Notes: a model not told the origin generated them from the sequence alone. A stretch of 64,000 nt of DNA from an uncultured Chloroflexia bacterium (GCA_963763775.1 CAVXPZ010000001.1:256001-320000), one strand, 5' to 3'; counted from the stretch's first letter, positions 45,382-57,322 are shown. Numbers and translations are program-made.

Positions 45382-46275
45382 ATGCGCGTTCGTTTCATGC
45401 TGGCCGGCGTGGTCGTCGGCACCGCGGCGGGGATCGCCGTGTCGGAGGTCCGCCGCTGGTGGCGGAGCTGGGGGATCGATCCCGACGAGTCCGGTCGGAT
45501 CGCTCGCGGGCGACGATGTGGTCGCCGATCCGGTCGCGAGCGAGACCCGGGGGATCACGATCGACGCGACCCCGGAGCAGGTCTGGCCGTGGCTGGTCCA
45601 GATGGGCTTCGGCCGGGCCGGCTGGTACAGCTACGACCGGCTCGACCAGCGCGGCCAGAGCGCCGACGGCATCGTCGAGGCGTGGCAGTCGTTCAAGGTC
45701 GGCGACATCGTGCCGACGCATCCCGGCGGCGGCTTCGAGGTGGTCGAGATCCAACCCGCATCGGTCGATCGTCCTCCGCTCGGACACCGCCCTGGTGAAG
45801 GCGCAGGCCGACGCCTGGGCGAAGCAGCGGGGCGCCCGCACGGATGCGACCGAGGCGGCCGCCGAGGCGGCGGCGACATCGACCGCCGGTCTCGCCGCGA
45901 GTGGCGCGATCCTCGGGCAGACCCCGCAGCAGTTCTCGGCAAGCTGGGCCTTCGTCATCGAGCCGATGAGCGGCGGCCGGTCGCGGCTCATCGAGCGCTT
46001 CCGCGTCTGGTACGGCGAGTCCGGGATGGCGTCGCACGTCGTGATGCCGGTCGTCGGGTTCGGCGTGTTCGTGATGATGCAGCGTCAGATGGTGGGGATC
46101 CGGACGCGGGCGGAACGACTGGCCGTCGCACGGACGAGGTCCACGACGCCGCCGGCTCCGACCCCGGCCGACGCCGGCGAGCCGCGCGCGTCCGCCGAGC
46201 CGACGCCACCCAGCCAGGAACGGCCGCGACAAGGCGACGGAAGGCCCGGAGCTCGCGACGGCGACCGTCGACTGA
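45382..46275 (+). CDS. SRPBCC-like hypothetical protein (2-3 frameshifts; 3' end uncertain)
   Basis: GGAGG SD; TRGITIDA.PEQVWPWLVQMGFGRAGWYSYD, SWAF, FVMMQRQM.GI..RAE. Confidence 0.65.
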
Positions 46276-46336
46276 CGCGACCGCGCAAGCCAGGGGCTCG
46301 CCCCACGGCGGTCGGATGCCGTAGGCTCTCGGAGTC

Positions 46337-47557
46337 ATGACGACCGACCGCCGTGGCCCCGCGACCGAGACCATCCGACCGCCGCTCGCCGATCGGGCGC
46401 TGTCGCAGCGCGTCCTCGACGTCCCGCCGTCGGGGATCCGCAAGTTCTTCGACATCCTCGCGACGATGGACGACGTCATCAGCCTCGGGGTGGGGGAGCC
46501 GGACTTCGACACGCCGCGGGCGATCGTCGAGGCCGGGGTCGAATCGCTCCGCGAGGGCCGGACGCACTACACCTCCAACTACGGCACGCTCGAGCTGCGA
46601 CGGGCGCTGGCGGACCATCTCGAGCGGCGCTACGGCGTCCGCTACGACCCGGCGACGGAGATCCTGATCACGGTCGGCGCGTCCGAGGCCGTGGACCTGG
46701 CCCTGCGGGCGACGTGCGACCCCGGCGACGAGGTCATCCTCCACGAGCCCTCGTACGTGGCGTACGTGCCCGCGATCGTGTTCGCGGGCGGCACCGTCCG
46801 CCACGTGGCCACCCGGTTCGAGGACGACTTCGCGCTGGACCCCGCGGCGGTCGAGGCGGCGATCACGCCGCGCACGAAGGCCCTGTTCCTCGGCTATCCC
46901 TGCAATCCGACGGGCGCGGTGCTCCCGGTCGAGGTCCAGGACGCCCTCGCCGAGATCGCCGTGCGTCACGACCTGCTCGTCTACAGCGACGAGATCTACG
47001 ACCGGCTCGCGTACGGCACGTACACGCATCGGGCGATGAGCGCGCTGCCGGGCATGCGCGAGCGCACGGTCCTCATGGGCGGGTTCTCGAAGGCCTACGC
47101 GATGACCGGCTGGCGGGTGGGGTACGTGGCCGCGCCCGCGGCGATCCTCGAGGGCATCGTCAAGGTCCACCAGTACGGGATCATGTCGGCGCCGACGACG
47201 GCCCAGGACGCGGCCCTCGTGGCCGTGGTCGAGGGCGAGCCCGAGGTCGAGCGGATGCGCGCCGAGTACGACCGTCGACGCCGGCTCGTGGTCGACGGGC
47301 TCAACGCGATGGGCCTCGAGACCTTCGAGCCGCGCGGCGCGTTCTACGCCTTCCCGAAGATCACCTCCACGGGCCTCACCGACGACGAGTTCACCGAGCG
47401 ACTGCTCGTGGAGGAGCGCGTCGCGGTCGTCCCGGGGAGCGCCTTCGGGCCGTCCGGCGCCGGCCACGTGCGCATGTGCTACGCCACCTCGTACGAGCGG
47501 CTCGAGGAGGCGCTCCGGCGCATCGGCCGGTTCGTCGAGCGCGTCCGCCCGGCCTGA
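46337..47557 (+). CDS. Aminotransferase class I/II
   Basis: SLGVGEPDF, PCNPTG, SDEIY, FSKAYAMTGWRVG, PRGAFY. Confidence 0.93.
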   Translation: MTTDRRGPATETIRPPLADRALSQRVLDVPPSGIRKFFDILATMDDVISLGVGEPDFDTPRAIVEAGVESLREGRTHYTSNYGTLELRRALADHLERRYGVRYDPATEILITVGASEAVDLALRATCDPGDEVILHEPSYVAYVPAIVFAGGTVRHVATRFEDDFALDPAAVEAAITPRTKALFLGYPCNPTGAVLPVEVQDALAEIAVRHDLLVYSDEIYDRLAYGTYTHRAMSALPGMRERTVLMGGFSKAYAMTGWRVGYVAAPAAILEGIVKVHQYGIMSAPTTAQDAALVAVVEGEPEVERMRAEYDRRRRLVVDGLNAMGLETFEPRGAFYAFPKITSTGLTDDEFTERLLVEERVAVVPGSAFGPSGAGHVRMCYATSYERLEEALRRIGRFVERVRPA

Positions 47558-47581
47558 CCCGGCCCGGGTCGGCCGGATCGG

Positions 47582-48948
47582 TCAGGCCAGCGTCTCGTCG
47601 TAGTCGATGCGCCGGCGCGGATGACGTCGCGCAGCCACCAGCCGCTGTCCTTGACGGTCCGGCGACCGCCCTCCCCGTCGAAGTCGACCCAGACGATCCC
47701 GAAGCGCTGCGTGTAGCCGGCCGCCCATTCGAAGTTGTCGAGCAGCGACCACGCGAAGTAGCCGCGGACGTCGCAGCCGTCGTCGATGGCCCGGGCGAGC
47801 TGGCCGACGTGCCCGGACGAGGTAGTCCACGCGGTCGGCGTCGTGGACGCGCCCGTCCGCGCCGGGGCCGGTCGGCTCGGCGCAGCCGTTCTCCGTGATG
47901 TAGATGGCGGGGTGGCCGTAGTCGCGGTCGACGCGCCGGACGATGCGGTACATGGCCGCCGGCCAGACCTCCCAGCCGAACGAGGTCCGGCGCCCGGGTC
48001 CCTCCAGCCGGCGTGACGAGGACGCGGGCGTCCGTGGGGTCGTGGGCGATGATCGCCCGCGAGTAGACGTTGAGCGCGATGAAGTCGAGGGTGGACGCCA
48101 TCGCCTCGAGGTCGCCGGGACGGATGTCCATCCGCGCCAGGACGGCGTCCTGGTCCGTGTACGCGACGGGGTAGCGCCCACGCAGCAGCGGGTCCAGGTA
48201 CCACGCGTTCACGCGCGCGTGGTGGCGCTCCGCGGCCGCGAGGTCGAGTGGGTCGTCCGTAGGCGGGATACGCCGGCTCCATGTTGAACGCCGAGCCGAC
48301 CGACGCCCCCGGGGCCGCCGCTCGCACGGCGCGGAGCGCCTCGGCGTGGGCGAGGTTCACCACGTGGCTCGCGCGCAGCGCCAGGTCGGGGTCGCGGAAG
48401 CCCGGCGCGTGCTCCCCGCTCGCGTGCCCCATGTCCACGAAGATCTGCGGCTCGTTGAGCACCGTCCAGGTCCCGACCCGGTCTCCCAGGCGGCGCACGA
48501 CGGCGTCCGCGTACTCGGCGAAGGGGCCGATGACGGCCCGGTCCGCCCAGCCGCCGGCATCCTGGGCCCACCCCGGCAGGTCCCAGTGGAACAAGGTCGG
48601 GAACGGGGCGATGCCGTTCGCGAGGAGCGCGTCGACGAGTCGGTCGTAGTGATCCAGGCCCGCGTCGTTGATGGCGCCATCCGCCGAGGGAACGACGCGC
48701 GGCCACGAGACGCTGAATCGATACGCACCGAGGCCGAGCTCGCGCAGGATCGCCACGTCCTCGGGATAGCGGTGGTACTGGTCGCAGGCCACGTCACCGC
48801 TGGATCCGTCGGCGATGTTCCCGGGCGCGTGCGCGAATCGATCCCAGATCGACTCGCTCTTGCCGTCGGCCTGCCACGCGCCTTCGACCTGGTAGGCGGA
48901 CGTCGCCGCGCCCCAGGTGAAGCCGCGTGGGAACGTGGTGTGCCTCAC
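47582..48948 (-). CDS. GH1 beta-glucosidase (several frameshifts)
   Basis: WGAATSAYQVEG, YRFSVSWPR, TLFHWDLP, LNEP, ITENG, WSLLDNFEW. Confidence 0.92.
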
Positions 48949-49871
48949 CGTCCGGCCGGCTCGTGGATCGGCCAGGAGAGCGCGTCCCGCCAGCGCATCG
49001 AGTCGCCCGAGGGGACGTCGCGGACCTCCCAGCGCTCCAGCAGGGTCGTCGAGGCGCCCGGCGCGAGGGCCTCCATCGGGCCGAGGACCTCCAATTCGAT
49101 GAATCGCGAACCGCAGAAGGTCTCGACGTTGCACCCGAGGTCCGGGTACGGGGCGCCGGCGACCGGTTCGAACCGGCGCACGATCGCGATCCCGTCGCGG
49201 ACGTAGGCGACCCAGCCGGAGTCATCGAGGCAGCCGACCTTCAGGTCCGTGCCCGCCTCGGCGTCCACGGTCACCAGGCCTTCCCGGATGCGGAGGCGCG
49301 GGTCGTCCAGCGACGCGTAGGGCCACAGCACCAGCGAGCGGTTCGGCCGCGTCTCGTGCCCGGCGACCGCCTCGCGCAGCGGCAGCAACGCCTGGCCGCC
49401 GAGCGGCAGCTGGGTGATCGACCACGGCGCGAGCTCGAGCGGGTGCGACCCGCGGTTCTCGACACGGTGCAGGACGGACAGCGACGGCAGCGCCGGGTCG
49501 AGCCGCACCTCGATCGAGCGGACGCACCCGGTCCTGGACTCCTCGGCCCCGGTCAGCCGCACGCCGTCGGCGAGCGGGAGGACCGCGAGACCGTCGGAAT
49601 CCGGGATGGCGGCCTGCTCCGAGTCCTCGGGCGCCAGCCACAGCCGATGTCCGCCGAGCAGCTCGTACCGTCCGAGGGCCGTCTCCCAGCCGAGGTCCGG
49701 CGTCTCGGCGAGCAGGTTGGCCGGAGCGCCGGCACGACGGAGGCCGACGATCCGCGGGCCGGCCGCCGCCAGCATCTCGACCACGATGGCGCCATTGGCG
49801 ATGCGCACGGTCGGTCGTCCGTGGAAGTCCCCGGTCGTGGACCGGACGCCGGTGTCGTCGGACCCGATCAT
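48945..49871 (-). CDS. Hypothetical protein, galactose-mutarotase-like fold (DUF4380-like)
   Basis: GPRI, GGHRLWLAPE, APWSIT, YPD.G, ELEVLGP; overlapping stop/start on both sides. Confidence 0.6.
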   Translation of the reverse strand: MIGSDDTGVRSTTGDFHGRPTVRIANGAIVVEMLAAAGPRIVGLRRAGAPANLLAETPDLGWETALGRYELLGGHRLWLAPEDSEQAAIPDSDGLAVLPLADGVRLTGAEESRTGCVRSIEVRLDPALPSLSVLHRVENRGSHPLELAPWSITQLPLGGQALLPLREAVAGHETRPNRSLVLWPYASLDDPRLRIREGLVTVDAEAGTDLKVGCLDDSGWVAYVRDGIAIVRRFEPVAGAPYPDLGCNVETFCGSRFIELEVLGPMEALAPGASTTLLERWEVRDVPSGDSMRWRDALSWPIHEPAGR

Positions 49872-52362
49872 GCCAGCCGGACCTCGACCCGCACCGTCGG
49901 CGTGCCGGCTTCGGGGAGCGCGATCAGCGTGCCCTCGATCGGGCGGCCGTCGACGACGACCTCGACTCGGGGGCCGCCAGCGGCCGTGTCGACGCCATCG
50001 GACGCTGACGGCCGCGTCACGGCCGCCGCGTCGCTGGACCTCGATGTCGTAGGTCGTGCCACGGAAGCGCCGGGTCGCCCGGAACGAGGTCCAGGACTCG
50101 GGGACGACGGGCTCGATCCGCAGGCCGTCGTGCTCGGGCCGGATGCCGAGGATCCACTGGCTGATCGCGACCATGTTCCAGGCGGCGGTCCCGGTCAGCC
50201 ACGAGTTCTTGGCCTCGCCTGGTGTCGGCGCGTCGCGCCCCGCGATCATCTGCGCGTAGACGTACGGCTCGCACCGGTGGACCTCGGAGATCGCCTCGCG
50301 CGCGGACGGGTTGATCCGCAGGTAGTAGTCGAGCGCCCCGTCGCCGTTCCCCACGATCGCCTCCGCGATCATCATCCAGGGGTTCGTGTGGCAGAAGATG
50401 CCGGCGTTCTCCTTGTAGCCCGGCGGGTACGACGAGATCTCGCCGAGCTCGAGGTGGTAGGTCGCGTAGGCGGGCTGCTGCAGCACGATCCCGTGCGGCG
50501 TCGCCAGCTGTTCCCGCACCGACGCGACCGCGGTCCGGGTGCGCCCGTCGTCGAGGCCCACGCCGGCCATCGCCATCAGCCCCTGCGGCTCGATGAAGAT
50601 GCGGCCCTCGTCGTTCTCGGCCGAACCCACGACCCGTCCGGCGTGGTCGTACGCCCGCCGGTACCAGGCCCCGTCCCATCCGTGGGCCTCGATGGCGGCC
50701 GTCATCGAGGCCGCGGCGGCGGCGCAGCGGGACGCCTCCGGACCGTCGCCGACCAGCCTGGCGATCGCCTCGGCCTCGCGAGCGGCAAGGACGAAGAGCC
50801 CGGCGATGAACACGGATTCGGCCACGCCGCCGGGCCGGTTCGGTGCCGTCTGGAAGGACTCGCCGGGTCGGTCGGAGAACACGTTGAGGTTGAGGCAGTC
50901 GTTCCAGTCGGCCCGCCCGATGAGCGGCAGGCCGTGGGGGCCGAGGCGCTCGAGCGTGAAATCGATGCAGCGGCGCAGGTGGTCGCGGAGCGGCGTCGCC
51001 GAGCCCGGCTCGTTGTCCCACGGCACATCCTCATCGAGGATCGCCACGTCGCCGGTCTCCTTGAGATAGGCGGCGACGCCCAGGACCAGCCACGCCGGGT
51101 CGTCGTTGAACCCGGATCCGACGTCGTGGTTGCCGCGCTTCGTCAGCGGCTGGTATTGGTGGTAGGCGCCGCCGTCGGGCAGCTGGGTCGCGGCGATGTC
51201 GAGGATCCGCGCCCGCGCTCGCCCCGGGACCATGTGGACGAAGCCGAGCAGGTCCTGGTTGGAGTCGCGGAACCCCATCCCGCGCCCGATGCCCGACTCG
51301 AACATGGACGCGGATCGCGACAGGTTGAACGTGACCATGCACTGGTACGGGTTCCACGTGTTGACCATCCGGTCGACGTGCGGGTCGCCGGTGGTCACCT
51401 GGAGCGTGTCAAGGCGCTCCGTCCAGCCGGCCCGCAGCGTGGCGAGGTCCTCGTCGGCCTGCCCCGCGCGTCGATAGCGGTCGATCACGGCCCGGGCCCG
51501 CGCCGTGTCGGGTCGGCGGGAGCCGGGAGGGTCGTACTTGTGGTCGGCGGGGTTCTCCGTGTAGCCGACCAGGAAGGTCACGTCGCGCGTCTCGCCCGGT
51601 TCGAGGACGAGGGCCGTCTGGAGCGCCCCGATCGGCTGCCAGCCGTGGGCGATCGAGTCGGTCATCCGCCCGGCTTCCACGGCGGCCGGCCGGTCCCAGC
51701 CGCGGTACGCGCCGAGGAACGCCTCCCTCGATGTCTCGTACCCCGACACCGGCGCCGAGCACGCGAACCAGGCGTAGTGGTCGCGGCGCTCGCGGTACTC
51801 CGTCACGTGGTAGACGACGCCGTCCTCGACGTGGACCTCGCCGGTCGACAGGTTCCGCTGGAAGTTCGTCGCGTCGTCCTGGGCGTCCCAGAGGCAGAAC
51901 TCCACGGCGCCGAACAGGGACAGCCGCGCGGTGGCCGACCGCTCGTTCGTGACGCGGGTCCGCCAGAGCTCGAGGGTCTCCCCGGGCGGCACGAGGTACG
52001 TCGTCTCGACGCGGATCCCGCCGCGGGCGGCCGCGATGATCACGGTGTACCCGAGGCCGTGCCGGCAGGTGTAGTCGTCGAGTCTCCCGCTGGGTCGGCT
52101 GCCAGCCCGGGTTCCAGTAGTCGCCCGTCTCGTCGTCGCGGACGTAGAGGAACCGGCCGCCCACGTCGAGCGGGGCGTTGTTGTAGCGGTAGCGGATCAG
52201 CCGGCGCAGCCGCGCGTCGCGGAAGAAGGCGTAGCCGCCGGCGGTGTTCGACACGAGCGCGAAGTAGTCCTCGCTGCCGAGGTAGTTGATCCAGGGCAGC
52301 GGCGTGTCCGGGCGGGTGATGACGTATTCGCGGCGCTCGTCGTCGAACTGGCCGTAGCGCAA
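49868..52362 (-). CDS. GH94 cellobiose phosphorylase-like (frameshifts ~52083, ~50010)
   Basis: EYVITRPDTPLPWINYLG, GRGMGFRDSNQD, YHQYQPLTKRGN, ADWNDCLNL, KENAGIFCH, SWLTGTAAW; GAAGGAG SD with TTG start. Confidence 0.9.
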
Positions 52363-52426
52363 CCGAGAACTCCTTCGTCCGGGGGCGTCTGGGACCCGGT
52401 TCCGTGCTGGCGGCCGCGCGGCCGGA

Positions 52427-53533
52427 CTACTTCTCCACTCCGGTGATGACGACGCCGCGCATGAACGCCCGTTGAGCGAACAGGAAGACCACGATCGGGA
52501 CGGCCATCGTCAGCAGCGCAGACGCCTGGATGAGCGTCGGCTGGCTCGCGTACAGCGCGTTGTACTGCTGGATCGCGATCGACATCGGCTGCAGCTCGGG
52601 CTTGCTCCCGAGATAGAGCAGCGGCATGAAGAAGTCGTTCCAGGCGAAGAAGAAGTGGAACAGGCTGACCGCGGTGATGGCGGCGACCGACTGCGGGACG
52701 ATGATCGACCGCAGGATCCGGAACGGCCCGGCGCCGTCGATCATCGCCGCCTCGTCGAGCTCGCGCGGGATCGACAGGAAGTACTGGCGCAGCAGGAACA
52801 CGTTGTAGGCGTTGGCGAAACAGTGCGGGATGATGAGCGGCAGCCACGTCCCGTTCCAGCCGATCGACGTGAAGAGCACGTACTGCGGGAGGAGCGTGAC
52901 CTGGAACGGCAGGATGATCGTCGCGATCAGCACGATGAAGAGGACGTTCTTGCCGGGGAACCGGAACCGCGCGAACCCGTAGGCGACCAGGATCGACGAC
53001 GTGACCGCGCCGAGCGTGCTGAGCAGCGCGATCCCGAAGGTGTTGCGCAGGAGCCGCGGGAAGTTCAACTGGTTCCAGGCGGTCGTGAAGTTGTCGATGA
53101 GCGGAGCGAACGTCCACGCCTGTGCCAGCGTCCGCCAGCGGCCCGTCCACTCGATCGGCGTCTGGCTCGGGTCGGTCGGGTCGATGAAGGTGCTCGACTC
53201 TCGTCCGGCCTCGATGAGGATGAGTTGCCGGGTCGACCCGTCCGGGAACGGGACCGTGTAGACGGGGTAGTCCTGGCCCTGGTACTGGGCGGTCTGCGGG
53301 GAGGCCGGCCAGACCGGCGCTCCCGGGGTCGTCGACTGCCCGGGCTGCTGGAAGGCGGTCGTCACCATGTACAGCATCGGCAGCAGGAGCGCGCTGATGA
53401 TGACGAGCGCGAACATGAGCAGCATCGATCGCGCGAGGAACCGGCGGTACGAGCGCGCGACCGGCCCGCGTTCGCTGAAGGCCCGGCCGCGAGACCGCTC
53501 GCGCGACTCCTGGGGCTTCGCGGTCGCCGTCAT
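52427..53533 (-). CDS. Carbohydrate ABC transporter permease
   Basis: EAA loop ELDEAAMIDGAG, multiple TM helices. Confidence 0.92.
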   Translation of the reverse strand: MTATAKPQESRERSRGRAFSERGPVARSYRRFLARSMLLMFALVIISALLLPMLYMVTTAFQQPGQSTTPGAPVWPASPQTAQYQGQDYPVYTVPFPDGSTRQLILIEAGRESSTFIDPTDPSQTPIEWTGRWRTLAQAWTFAPLIDNFTTAWNQLNFPRLLRNTFGIALLSTLGAVTSSILVAYGFARFRFPGKNVLFIVLIATIILPFQVTLLPQYVLFTSIGWNGTWLPLIIPHCFANAYNVFLLRQYFLSIPRELDEAAMIDGAGPFRILRSIIVPQSVAAITAVSLFHFFFAWNDFFMPLLYLGSKPELQPMSIAIQQYNALYASQPTLIQASALLTMAVPIVVFLFAQRAFMRGVVITGVEK

Positions 53534-54486
53534 CGATCGTCACCCGCGTAGTACACCCGCCGCCGGGCGAACCCGAACAGCAACAGCGTCAGCACCAGCA
53601 CGATGACGAACAGCAGCCAGGCGATCGCCGCCGCGTAGCCCATGTGGTTGAACACGAAGCCTTCGCGGAAGAGCACGAGATTGATGAAGAGCGTGGCGTT
53701 GTTCGGGTCGCCGCGGCCGTTCGTCATCACGTAGGCCTGCGTGAAGTACTGGAACGTGCCGATCAGGACGATCACGAGGTTGTAGAACAGCACCGGCGAG
53801 ATCAGCGGGATCGTGATCCGCCGCAACGATTGCCAGGCGCCCGCACCGTCGATCCGAGCCGCTTCGTACAGCTCGGTCGGCACCGACTGGAGGCCGGCGA
53901 TGTTGATGATCATGAAGTTGCCGATCGCCCAGAGCCCGATGATCGAGAGCGCCGGGTAGATCCACGTCTCGCTGTTGATCCAGTCGGGCCGCGGTAGCCC
54001 GAGGGACCCGAGGATCTGGTTCATCCACCCGGTCTCGGTGTTGAGGAAGCCCATCCAGACGAGCGTCGAGGCGACGAGCGGGATCATGATCGGCAGGTAG
54101 ACGAGCGTGCGCAGCGCGCCCTTGGCCGGGAGCTTGGGATGGTTGAGCAGGAGGGCGAACCCGAGGCTCGCGCCCATCGTGATGGGGATCGCGATGAGCG
54201 CGAACTTGAAGGTCGCGATCAGCGACTGGCCGATCGTCGGGTCGTTCGTCATCCGGACGTAGTTGTCGAGGCCGATGAACTTCGTCGTTTCCGGATGGAC
54301 GAGGTTGAAGTCGGTCAACGACATCACGAACGACGCGATCATGGGACCAGCGATGAACAGGACGAGGCCGATCAGCCATGGCCCGACGAACACGTAGCCC
54401 CAGAACGCCTCGCGCACGGATGGCCGAAGCACGAACCGCGACGACGGGTTCCCGGGGCTGGGCAGCTCCTCGATCGTCGGGGTCAT
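53530..54486 (-). CDS. Carbohydrate ABC transporter permease
   Basis: GLDNY, ELYEAARIDGAG, TM helices. Confidence 0.92.
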   Translation of the reverse strand: MTPTIEELPSPGNPSSRFVLRPSVREAFWGYVFVGPWLIGLVLFIAGPMIASFVMSLTDFNLVHPETTKFIGLDNYVRMTNDPTIGQSLIATFKFALIAIPITMGASLGFALLLNHPKLPAKGALRTLVYLPIMIPLVASTLVWMGFLNTETGWMNQILGSLGLPRPDWINSETWIYPALSIIGLWAIGNFMIINIAGLQSVPTELYEAARIDGAGAWQSLRRITIPLISPVLFYNLVIVLIGTFQYFTQAYVMTNGRGDPNNATLFINLVLFREGFVFNHMGYAAAIAWLLFVIVLVLTLLLFGFARRRVYYAGDDR

Positions 54487-54530
54487 GACCTGTCGGCTCC
54501 GTGGGGTGGGGCGTGCGTGGATGAGGATGT

Positions 54531-54568
54531 CGACCCCCGGGCGGACGGGGGGATCCGCCCGGGGGTCG
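54531..54568 (-). terminator. Perfect 15-bp intra-operon stem-loop after the binding-protein gene (mRNA stabiliser or partial terminator)
   Basis: CGACCCCCGGGCGGA-8 nt-TCCGCCCGGGGGTCG. Confidence 0.7.
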
Positions 54569-54585
54569 CTGGAGGAGGGAGGCTG

Positions 54586-56119
54586 CTAGGGGTTCTTGTC
54601 CGGGGCAGCGTCGAAGATGCCCTGGAGCGTGGTCTGGAGCGTATCGAGGTCGGCGTCGATGTCGGCGCTCTGCGCCGTGCGGTAGCCGACACCGAACTTC
54701 TGCCAGGCGGCCTTGCTCTTGGCATAGTCCGGGACCCACGCCTGATGGTTGGGGATGTCCGGGTAGCCGAGCATGGCCGTCGGGACGGACCAGTCGAGCT
54801 TGGCCTTCGGGTAGGCCTTGTTGACCGAGTCCATGAACGGCTGCTGCAGGGACGTGTCGGCCGGCATGGCGCCGTAGATCGTCGCCAGGTCGCCCGAGGC
54901 GGCAAGCGCGGACAGGACGGCGAACGCCTGGTCCGGGTGCTTGGTGGTCTTGAGCATGCTGAACGTGTCCGCGTGCAGCTTGGCCGTGGTGACGCCGTTG
55001 TACGACGGGGCGACAGCCCAGCCGAAGTTGTCACCGACGATCGGCTTGGCCGGAGCCCCCGGGTTCACGCAGCACGTGTACCAGGTGTGGATCTCGGTCA
55101 TGGCGAGGTTGCCCGACTGGAACTCGTTGCCCTTGGCCAGCAGGTCGCTGTTGACCTGGTTCTGGTTGGGGATGAAGTGGTCCTTCCAGACGCCGTCGTT
55201 GAACCAGTGGATGCCCGTGCGCGTCGCGTCGGGGATCTGTGCGGTCTTGCCGTCGGCGGCAAGGAAGGAGCCGGGGCCGAACAGGGCCGTCTCGGCGATC
55301 GGGGCGTTGTCGGCCCACTGGGAGTCGAAGCCCCACTGGACGATCGTTCGTCGGGTCGAAGTCGGCCGACGTGGCGTCGTTGCCGTTCTTGTCGACGGTC
55401 AGCTTCATGCCGAGGTCGCGCACGGCCGCCATGTCCCACGGCTTGCCCTGGTAGAGGTCACCGACCTTGGTCGGCGGGTACGGGAGCTTGGCCTCGTCGA
55501 AGAGCTTCTTGTTGTACCAGAGCATCGACGGATACGTCCCGAACGGCACGCCGATGGTCGAGCCGCCCTTGCCGATCTTGAAGAAGTCCTTCATGGCGTC
55601 CGGGTACTTGCTCATGTCGTAGCCGGTGGAGTCGATCTGCGGCTGCAGGTCGGCCAGCTGGTCGATGAACAGGTTCAGGCCCTCGACACCGACCGGGCCG
55701 ATGATGTCCGGCGCGTTGCCGGCGGCGATCTGCGTCTTGAGGATGTTGGCCGCGACCTTGTTGTCGTAGATCTCGAGCGAGATGTACGCCTTGTCCTTGT
55801 TCGCGGGGTCGTTGTTGAACTTGTTGACGAAGTCCGACTGGACCTGGATCTGCTGGGGCTGACCGCCCGCGCCAAGGCCGACGAACCAGCGGATGATCTG
55901 TCCGCCGTTGGGGCCGGGGACGCTCGCGTCGATCGGGGCCGGGGTCACGAGCGGGGTCGGCTCCGGGGTGACGGCCGCCGAAGCGGCTGCTGACGGCGCG
56001 GCGCTGGGGGCGGTACTGGCCGATGGGGACGTGGCTGCGGCGCCGCAGGCCGCCGCCACGATGGCGATGACTCCGGCGAAAGCGAGCAACGCTCGCGGAC
56101 CGGATCGAGTCCTAAACAT
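54586..56119 (-). CDS. Sugar ABC transporter substrate-binding lipoprotein (frameshift ~55345)
   Basis: AGGAGG SD, AAAC lipobox, Ser/Pro/Ala linker, GNAPDI, WYNKKLFD. Confidence 0.88.
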
Positions 56120-56234
56120 CGCGATCGACTCCTCCTACGTGAGACCTTCGCTTGATCTCATACCTCTGTGGATCGAGGCCAAATGGGTTGGGGTCAGGGC
56201 CTCACGGACCAGGACCCGCCGGTCGCCGGCCGGC

Positions 56235-57290
56235 TCAGGGCTTGCGCCTCCCGGCGCTCGAGGCGCGACGGACGAGTTCCGTGGCCAGGATCACGCGCCG
56301 TGGCACGGGATCCGAGCCTTCGACGAGATCGATGAGCTGTCGGGCCATCTCGTGGCCCATCTCCTCGATCGGCTGTCGGACACTGGTGAGGGCCGGACGG
56401 GTCGTCATGGCGACGGCCGAGTCGTCGAAGCCGGCGATCGCCACGTCCTCGGGGACGCGACGCCCGGCGGCGGCGAGCACGGTCATGGCCCCGGCGGCCG
56501 TCAGGTCGGACGCGGCGAAGACCGCGTCGATGTCCGGGCGGGCGGCCAGGAGCCGCTCCATGCCGGCGACGCCGCTCTCCTGGCTGAAGTCGCCGACCGC
56601 GACCAGATCCGGCGCGGCCGCGAGCCCGGCTTCCGCGAGGGCATCGTGATACCCCGCGAGTCGGTCGATGCCCGGCGCCATGTCAGCCGGGCCGGTGATC
56701 GTGGCGATGGTCTTGCGCCCGCCGGCGATCAGGTGCTCGACGGCGCTGCGTGCCCCGCCGCGATTGTCGACGTCGACGTAGCTGGCCGGGACGCCGTGCG
56801 GTGGCCGCCACCCGCCGACCACCACGGGCACCCCAGCGGCCGCGATGCGAGCCGGGAGGGGGTCGTCACCATGGAGGCTGACGAGCAGCGCCCCATCGAC
56901 GTGGCCCGCGGTGAGGTAGTCGGCGGTGCGGTGCGTCTCCGTCGGGGAGGAGGGCATCAACAACACGAGCTGGAGGTCTCGAGCCGCCAGGACGGTGCTG
57001 ATGCCGCGAAGGAGACGCGGGAAGAACGGATCACTGAAGAGCCGGCCGGTCGGCTCCGCGATGACGACGGCGATGGAGTCACTGCGCCTCGTGACGAGGC
57101 TGCGCGCCGCGCGGTTGGGGACGTAGCCCAGCTCGGCGATGGCGGCCTGGACGGATCGGCGGACGTCCGGGCTGACCCGCGGGGAGCCGTTCACGACGCG
57201 CGAGACGGTCGCGCGGGAGACACCGGAGCGCGACGCGACCTCCTCGAGGGTGGCGCCGTTGCGGCGGTCTCGCGTGATGCTTCGCGTCAC
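56235..57290 (-). CDS. LacI family transcriptional regulator
   Basis: TLEEVASRSGVSRATVSRVVN, LGYVPNRAARSL, RVPED...GFDD, LTSVRQP. Confidence 0.95.
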   Translation of the reverse strand: MTRSITRDRRNGATLEEVASRSGVSRATVSRVVNGSPRVSPDVRRSVQAAIAELGYVPNRAARSLVTRRSDSIAVVIAEPTGRLFSDPFFPRLLRGISTVLAARDLQLVLLMPSSPTETHRTADYLTAGHVDGALLVSLHGDDPLPARIAAAGVPVVVGGWRPPHGVPASYVDVDNRGGARSAVEHLIAGGRKTIATITGPADMAPGIDRLAGYHDALAEAGLAAAPDLVAVGDFSQESGVAGMERLLAARPDIDAVFAASDLTAAGAMTVLAAAGRRVPEDVAIAGFDDSAVAMTTRPALTSVRQPIEEMGHEMARQLIDLVEGSDPVPRRVILATELVRRASSAGRRKP

Positions 57291-57308
57291 GGTATCGCAT
57301 CCCTCGTA

Positions 57309-57322
57309 TGAGAGCGCTCTCA
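57309..57322. promoter_or_regulatory. LacI-type operator 1
   Basis: Perfect palindrome TGAGAGCGCTCTCA, resembling the CelR/CebR box TGGGAGCGCTCCCA. Confidence 0.85.

Noticed and set aside
48945-52043. Apparent GH94 plus mutarotase-like fusion (1032 aa ORF)
   Set aside because: The true GH94 C-terminus lies in another frame ending at 49868 with an ATGA overlap to the next gene; the fusion results from an indel near 50010.
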